Below are positions 56,555 to 64,000 of a stretch of 64,000 bases of DNA, piece by piece. Source of the DNA: Eledone cirrhosa (taxonomy: Eukaryota); assembly GCA_964016885.1 (NCBI GenBank), contig OZ024740.1, positions 245,024,001-245,088,000 of the forward strand, written 5' to 3'. The notes below the pieces were generated by a model that ran no database searches, was not told the DNA's origin, and saw only the letters and a list, made by a program, of their open reading frames with translations. The translations under genes and the position numbers were made by a program. Position 1 is the stretch's first letter; each line of letters starts with the position of its first letter.

Positions 56555-58486
56555 ATGGCATTGAAAAGACCACACTTCAACCTGAAAGATCACAAATCTA
56601 ACTTTAACTCTAATCCTTCTATTAGACTTATATGTCCCTCCAAATCAGATATTGGAATAATTAGCAAAAAAATTTTAGATAGAGTCATCCCACAAATAAG
56701 AAAACACGTTATTTTACCACTCTGGGAAAACACCTCCCAGGTAATTAACTGGTTTAAAAATATTAGGTGTAAATCTTCTGCTTCTTTCCTACAATTTGAT
56801 ATAGATAATTACTATTCTTCTATATCACCTATACTCCTGAACAAAGCATTAATATTTGCTAAAAATAGATCTAATTTAACTTCGGATGACATTAACATTA
56901 TTACACATGCTAGACTAACACTTATTGAATTTCAGAATGAATACTGGACCAGAAACACATACAGTAATCTTTTTGATATTACTATGGGTTCAAGCGATTC
57001 CGCCCAAATTACTGATCTTGTGGGCCTCTTTCTCCTTTTCAACATAAATGCCTCTTTTCCCCACCTCAAAGGTGGTTTATATCGTGATGACTGTCTTCTT
57101 CTTTCTAACAACCTTAGCCTTTCAGAAATCGAAAAAAACAAAAAACATATTAGAACTTTCCTTAAAGACTATTATAATCTTAATATTACTTTTGAAAAAA
57201 CAAGTAAAGTAGTAAATTTCCTAGATATAACTTTAGATTTAGCTACGGGTATATACCAACCTTACCATAAACCTAACCAAAACTTACATTACATACACTC
57301 ACAATCTAATCACCCTAAATCTATCCTTAAAAACCTTGCATATAATATATCACTTAGAATTTCTAACCTTTCTTCTAACCAAGATGTATTTGATAAAAAT
57401 GCGACCTTTTATAATGAAGCTCTAGATAGAAGTGGCCACAAAAATAGATTAGAGTATATACCTTCTACTAAAAATACTGAAAGCATACAGCATAATATTA
57501 CCAACAAACACCAAATGAAAAGTACACACCTAAATGCCACCCACAATATACCCCAAAATACTAAATCTTCTAATATAAAGTATAGTAACCCTCAAAAAAC
57601 TACTCATCATACAACTATAATAAATATTAATAATAAAACTCCTAATAAAAAAGATAAAACACCTAAATCTACAAATATAACTAAAAATAGTTGTGGTGAG
57701 ATCATTAACATTAATCCTCCTAGTAAAAATCATGATACAACCTATAAAAATAATAAAAATAATAAACAACATAGAAACCGTAATAGACGAGTTACTTGGT
57801 ATAATGCTCCTTTTAATTTACAAGTTAAGGATAATATTGCTAAAAAATTTTTTTATATCCTTGAGAAAAACTTCCCGCCAAACCACAAATACCATCAAAT
57901 CTTAAATAGGTCTACAGTTAAATTCTCATACTCTACAACAAATAACATAAAACAAAATATAAGTGCATATAATGCATATAAATGTAAGAAAACCATAAGT
58001 ATACCACCAGTACATCAAATTAACAATAATATCTCCTCAAATACAGAATTAACGAAAGGATGTAACTGTAGAAACAAAACAAACTGCCCATTAAAAGGGA
58101 ATTGTCTTGTTAACAACATAGTCTATAAATGTAATGTTAAAACTAAAGATTCTATTTGCTCATATATAGGAGCTACCTCTAACAATTTTAAGACAAGGTT
58201 TAATACCCACAAGCATAGTTTTAAAAATGCCGCACTGGCTAATACAACATCTCTAGCAGAAAAAATCAATAGTTATAAAAATAAGAATATAAAATATGAT
58301 TTGACCTGGAGTGTGCTCAAAAGAGCCACCCCTTATCAAAATAATAGAAAGGAATGTAGATTATGTTCCCAAGAACTATTTGAAATAATGAAGTCTAAGG
58401 ATATCTTATTAAATAAACGACAGGAATTAATTATATCGTGTAATCATAAACTAAAAAAAACATTTAAATATTATAAACCTAATTAA
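56555..58486 (+). CDS. PLE family B RT-GIY-YIG ORF, N-terminally truncated but uninterrupted
   Basis: NLKDHK, QFDIDNYY, MGSSDS, LYRDD, FLDITL, CNCRNKTNCPL, VYKC..YIGAT..FKTRF, CRLC..E..LNKRQE..CNH; lacks the ~170 N-terminal residues of family A. Confidence 0.9.
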   Translation: MALKRPHFNLKDHKSNFNSNPSIRLICPSKSDIGIISKKILDRVIPQIRKHVILPLWENTSQVINWFKNIRCKSSASFLQFDIDNYYSSISPILLNKALIFAKNRSNLTSDDINIITHARLTLIEFQNEYWTRNTYSNLFDITMGSSDSAQITDLVGLFLLFNINASFPHLKGGLYRDDCLLLSNNLSLSEIEKNKKHIRTFLKDYYNLNITFEKTSKVVNFLDITLDLATGIYQPYHKPNQNLHYIHSQSNHPKSILKNLAYNISLRISNLSSNQDVFDKNATFYNEALDRSGHKNRLEYIPSTKNTESIQHNITNKHQMKSTHLNATHNIPQNTKSSNIKYSNPQKTTHHTTIININNKTPNKKDKTPKSTNITKNSCGEIININPPSKNHDTTYKNNKNNKQHRNRNRRVTWYNAPFNLQVKDNIAKKFFYILEKNFPPNHKYHQILNRSTVKFSYSTTNNIKQNISAYNAYKCKKTISIPPVHQINNNISSNTELTKGCNCRNKTNCPLKGNCLVNNIVYKCNVKTKDSICSYIGATSNNFKTRFNTHKHSFKNAALANTTSLAEKINSYKNKNIKYDLTWSVLKRATPYQNNRKECRLCSQELFEIMKSKDILLNKRQELIISCNHKLKKTFKYYKPN

Positions 58487-59009
58487 TAACATTATTCTAG
58501 AAATTAATTTAATTTAAATGTTAGTTAACCTATAAATTTAATTTAATTAATATTTTATTACAGATGAGAAAATATTATGTAATCATAAATTGTGAAAAAC
58601 CTTTAAATATTACTAATATATACTTAGTAATTTAATTTATAGATTAATTTTAATTTATTTAAACCTTTTATTATAATTCTTTTACAGATAAAATATAGCA
58701 AAATAATATCATGTTTCCAATGACGGAGAAATAATTTTTAGTATTATAAACCTAATTAATATACATTTTGGAAATATATTTATTATTTGGTTTTAGTTTT
58801 AATCAACCTAAAAATTTTAATTTTAATTTGCTTAAAATTAGTATCCTTATACAGACGAATTGCAGAATGTCATGTAATCATAGAATGGGATGTGTTTTGG
58901 ATATATACCTAGTTAATATATTCTGTGCAATTTTTTGAAAAAGATATGTATATGTATATGTGTATGTATATGTGTGTGTTGTGTATGTGTATCTGTATGT
59001 ATGTATATA

Positions 59010-59060
<51 letters not shown>

Positions 59061-59689
59061 ATATGTATGTATATGTGTATGTGTATGTATATGTATATGT
59101 ATGCGTATTAATTTTGATTTCTATTTGCATATAATTATATTATGCTATTGATGAAATACAATATCTGCTTTATGTATTGTATACCTAATTAACATATACT
59201 AATTAACGTATACTATTGAAATAAATATATAATTTTTAATTTAGTTAACATATAATTTATATGCTACTACCGATGTAATACTTTATTTTATTTTTATTTG
59301 GGTTTCTTTTCCCTATTACTAAATTCATCTCCTAATATTGATACCATAACGTTATTAACTTTAATTTAGTTATACTGTAATTAATAATCTACTACTGTTT
59401 GACTTCAAAATTCTGCTTCAAATATTATAAACCTAACTAATTTACACCTTAGAAATCAATATGTTGACTATCTTTGGTTTAGTTAACATATGATTAATGG
59501 TATACTTATTTATTTTGAGATGCATAGATTTCGTATTTCCTAGCACTGAAAATATGTAAGAACATACATTGAATTAAGATACGGAAAATATTATATGTTT
59601 CTTGAAACATATATTTACTTTGATCCCCTTCTCCAAACCCCCCCTTTCCCCCATACTATTATCATCTGTATTTGTAAGCGTCTATGTAT

Positions 59690-60365
59690 GAATATATATG
59701 TAGGTAGGTGTCTATATAGGTTTGGGTATTTATATCTAAATATAAAAATACATATATGAGCATGCAAATATGAATGTAAGATTGTGTGTGTATATATGAT
59801 TGTACATACATATGTATGTATATATATGTATATATATGCATTATATATGTATGTGTATGTGAATGTGTTGTATGTATATGTGTATGTATGTGTATATATG
59901 TGTATGTATGTGTATGCTTGTATATATAGGAATATATATATGTGTATATATGTATGTATATGTATATGCGTGTATGTATGTATGTGTATGTGTGTTGTGT
60001 ATATATATGTATGTCTCTCTATTTATATGTTTATCTTCGTATCTATGTGATATATGTGTGTGTGTGTGCACGTATGCATATGTATGTGTTTGTGTGTGTT
60101 TGTATGTATGTGTGTATATATGTGTATGTGCGCACACACACATACACATATATATATATATATATGTGAGTGTGTATGTGTGTCTGTGTGTGTGTGTGTG
60201 TGTGTATGTGTATATATATATATATATATATATGTGTATATATATATAGATATATATATATATATATATATATAGGTGTCTATGTGTGAATATATGTCTT
60301 TATTCGTATGTGTGTATTTATGTATGTATATATTTATGTGTATGTATGTATGTGTATGTATGTAT

Positions 60366-60397
<32 letters not shown>

Positions 60398-60722
60398 GTA
60401 TATATATATATGTATATTATTCTTTATTATTATAATATAACTTATGTGTATATGTGTATAAGTGAGGTTGTGTATGTATATATAATATGTGTATATATAA
60501 GAGTAATAAAATATATATATATATATATATATGTGCATGTCTGTTTTTTATGTGTGTGTATATATATATATGTATGTATATATATATATATATATATACG
60601 TGTGTGTATATGGATGTATATATATATATACATGTGGGTGTTTGTATGTGTATTTATGGTGGTATGAGTGTGTGGATATATATGTTTATATATATATATA
60701 TATATATGTATGTATGAGTCTA

Positions 60723-60773
<51 letters not shown>

Positions 60774-61089
60774 ATATATATGTGTGTATATATATATATA
60801 TGTGTATGTATGTGTGTATATATATATATCTCTATTAATGCGTGTGTGTATGTATATACATATGCCTTTTTATTATTATTTTTATTTGTATGTCTGAGTT
60901 TGGTGAGGTTGTATTGTTTTTTATGTATATACACATATATGGAAGCGTATGTATTTATATATATGAGTATAAGTAGGTGCATATGTATGTATGATTATAT
61001 ATCTAATTCTATGTATGAAGGTACATCTATATATATATATATACGTGTGTATGTAAGTTGTGTGTGTATGTATCTATATGTCTATGTGA

Positions 61090-61137
<48 letters not shown>

Positions 61138-61226
61138 CGATGTGCGTATATGTATGTACATGTATGTACATGTATGCGTGTATGTATGTGTATGTATATT
61201 TAGATGTATGTGTATGTATATGTATA

Positions 61227-61279
<53 letters not shown>

Positions 61280-61530
61280 ATATATATATATATGGATATA
61301 TATCTTTATTATCTATTTTTTATATATATGTGTATGTGTGTATGTGTTGCGCGTGTGTGTGTGTATATATATATCTTTTTATATGTGTATGTGTATGTTC
61401 GTGTAAGTGTATGTGTGTGTATGACTGTATATGTATGTGTGTATGTGTGTATGCGTAAATATCTCTATGTGCGCGTACATGTATGTATGTGTGTATATAT
61501 ATCTGTATGTGTATGTATATTATATTATAT
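59690..61530. repeat. Degenerate (TA/TG)n compound microsatellite (similar tracts ~5170-5630, 43700-44100, 45430-45710, 49100-49790)
   Basis: Direct inspection. Confidence 0.95.
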
Positions 61531-62444
61531 TTATTATATTTTATTGTTTTATTTTTTTATTTTTCTTAATTTATAGATACATTTATATTAGGCAGTCTGC
61601 TCAGACAATTGAATACTGACCCCTCCCCCCCCTCCCACCAAATTTCTGTATCTTGATCTTGAAATGTGTGTGCCAGTGTTTTATGTGAGTGATTTAATTT
61701 CTATGTGCTTATGATTTTATATCCACATATATAAATGTGAGTGGGGGAGTGTGTGTGTTTGTATGTTCGTGGTTATGTGTATATTTATGCATATACGCGC
61801 ATGTATGTGTGATTATACTGATATGTGTGAGTATGAAAAAATATATTTATATGCTTGACTCCATAAGTATCAATGCGCATCTTATCAGCGCATTAAGCTT
61901 ACAGAGATATTAACCTTGAAATTTTGTGTTTGCATCCATCTTTTTAGTATGCGTATACAAATTATACACACATTTTTGTAAAATATGTGTAAGGATTTTA
62001 CATGTATATACACACACCGAACTGCTTTTAACCCTTTGTGTTTTCATTGGTCAATTTTGAACTGATATTTTGAATTGTTGTTATTATCAATAAATATACT
62101 TCATTATTTCTGAAGACGGCGTATATATGTGTTAGGTATGTATATTTAATCTTGATAATTTGTATAATTTTGTATAATTTTGTACATAGATTTGTTGAAT
62201 ATGCATACCAATTATAACACATATATACCCTAGAAACGATCGTTAAATAATGAACTTTTTTTGTTTAATATAAGGAATTGTTTATTCATTATTTGCTTAA
62301 TATTTTATCTTGACTCTGTATACCGTTTATCTTTCACCGAAAGTGGATTTTCATTACATCTCTTCTTTCCATGATATCCGGAATACATTGAGTTCTTCAT
62401 ACGGATTGGACACTACCGTAAACTCTTGGTAGATTTATCTACAT

Positions 62445-63487
62445 ATATATATATATATATATATAAGCACTTTAATACATGAATACACTTACATCTAACT
62501 ATACACATCAAACATATATATATATTTACTTATTTATATACATTTTCACATATATATACATACTTATGGACGTTTTTAGACACATTCATTATCGCATATT
62601 TGCACCTATTCTCATCAGCATATCTTTCCATTATTAGTGTGGTAATTTAAGGTTATTAATATATATTGAGAAGAGATTGTTTTTATATTTTTCTAACTAG
62701 ATTGAGGTTTATATAGTTGGGGGGATGTCCCTCTTTTATGTAATATTCGGCTTGTAGTGGGAAAAAAGGGTTTTAGTTCTGTGACGGCAGAATAATGTTC
62801 GTTCAATTCTGTTATTCAGCAATTTCTTCTTGTGTGTGATTATGTAATAAATCTCAAGATTACACAATTTGCAGAAATTTTGGCTCCTGGAAAAGCTTTG
62901 GGTTTTAGCTAATTTCTCCCATTTTAGGGTAAACTTTTGATCGCTATCCCTGAGCGTCCAAGCTTTTTCTGCAGAAAAAGCTTGGACGCTCAGGGATAGC
63001 GATCAAAAGTTTACCCTAAAATGGGAGAAATTAGCTAAAACCCAAAGCTTTTCCAGGAGCCAAAATTTCTGCAAATTGTGTAATCTTGAGATTTATTACA
63101 TAATCACACACAAGAAGAAACTGCTGAATAACAGAATTGAACGAACATTATTCTGCCGTCACAGAACTAAAACCCTTTTTTCCCACTACAAGCCGAATAT
63201 TACATAAAAGAGGGACATCCCCCAACTATATAAACCTCAATCTAGTTAGAAAAATATAAAAACAATCTCTTCTCAACATATATTAATAACCTTAAATTAC
63301 CACACTAATAATGGAAAGATATGCTGATGAGAATAGGTGCAAATATGCGATAATGAATGTGTCTAAAAACGTCCATAAGTATGAATATATATGTGAAAAT
63401 GTATATAAATAAGTAAATATATATATATGTTTGATGTGTATAGTTAGATGTAAGTGTATTCATGTATTGAAGTGCTTATATATATAT

Positions 63488-63495
<8 letters not shown>
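62445..63495. repeat. Spacer-less ~1-kb palindrome
   Basis: Centre aagctttttctg|cagaaaaagctt at 62971/62972; ~510-bp arms with a few mismatches. Confidence 0.95.
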
Positions 63496-63530
<35 letters not shown>

Positions 63531-64000
63531 ATATGTGTATATAGATGTGTATGTATGTGTATGTGTGTACACATGGACTAGAGTATGTATGTATATATGT
63601 GTGTGTCTATACGTGTGTATATAAAGATAAGTTGAGTATGAAAATGTATACACATGAGCGCGTATGTATGTACATGAATACATGTGTGTATATATATGTG
63701 TATGCATGTGTATATATATGTAAGTATGAATATGTGAATTGTGAGTATATGTATTTTGTAGAGGTGTGCAAATATATTTGTGTGTGAATGCGTGGGTGAA
63801 AGGATACGTACACTTGAAAGAAAAATTTAAGTCTGAATGTTAATTAAGTGCAAACACAAAACCAACCACGCATATCTTTACTATCTCTAATCCTTCTATA
63901 GATTTAGAAAAATAACCAATAATATATTCTATAAAAAATGTCAAAACAACAGATGGGAATCTAATTACTCACTGCCACCAAGAATTCTCACTGCTATCGA

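Overview
AT-rich, microsatellite-dense animal DNA, most likely an octopus or other cephalopod (inferred from SINE types and simple-repeat density). No host gene is confidently identifiable; two weak minus-strand exon candidates suggest the window may be intronic. Nearly all short ORFs in the track are microsatellite translations. The window is dominated by retroelements sitting in specific simple repeats: Penelope-like elements (PLEs; RT plus C-terminal GIY-YIG, two near-complete ORFs) in (TA)n; R4/Dong-type RLE LINEs in (TAA)n and (TACA)n; a Tx1/L1 LINE in (GATA)n; RTE and CR1 fragments; a young non-autonomous Gypsy-type LTR element; Helitron and MITE remnants; and tRNA-SINEs. The main hidden layer is RNA structure. 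About 10 different type-I hammerhead ribozyme (HHR) families can be parsed by eye, several with non-canonical cores, and many lie in fold-back mini-elements that share one polarity (5' ends joined, 3' ends outward into (TA)n). A four-copy repeat with compensatory base changes carries all three hammerhead core segments in a non-standard order. All structures were parsed by hand, none is experimentally tested, and many boundaries are approximate.
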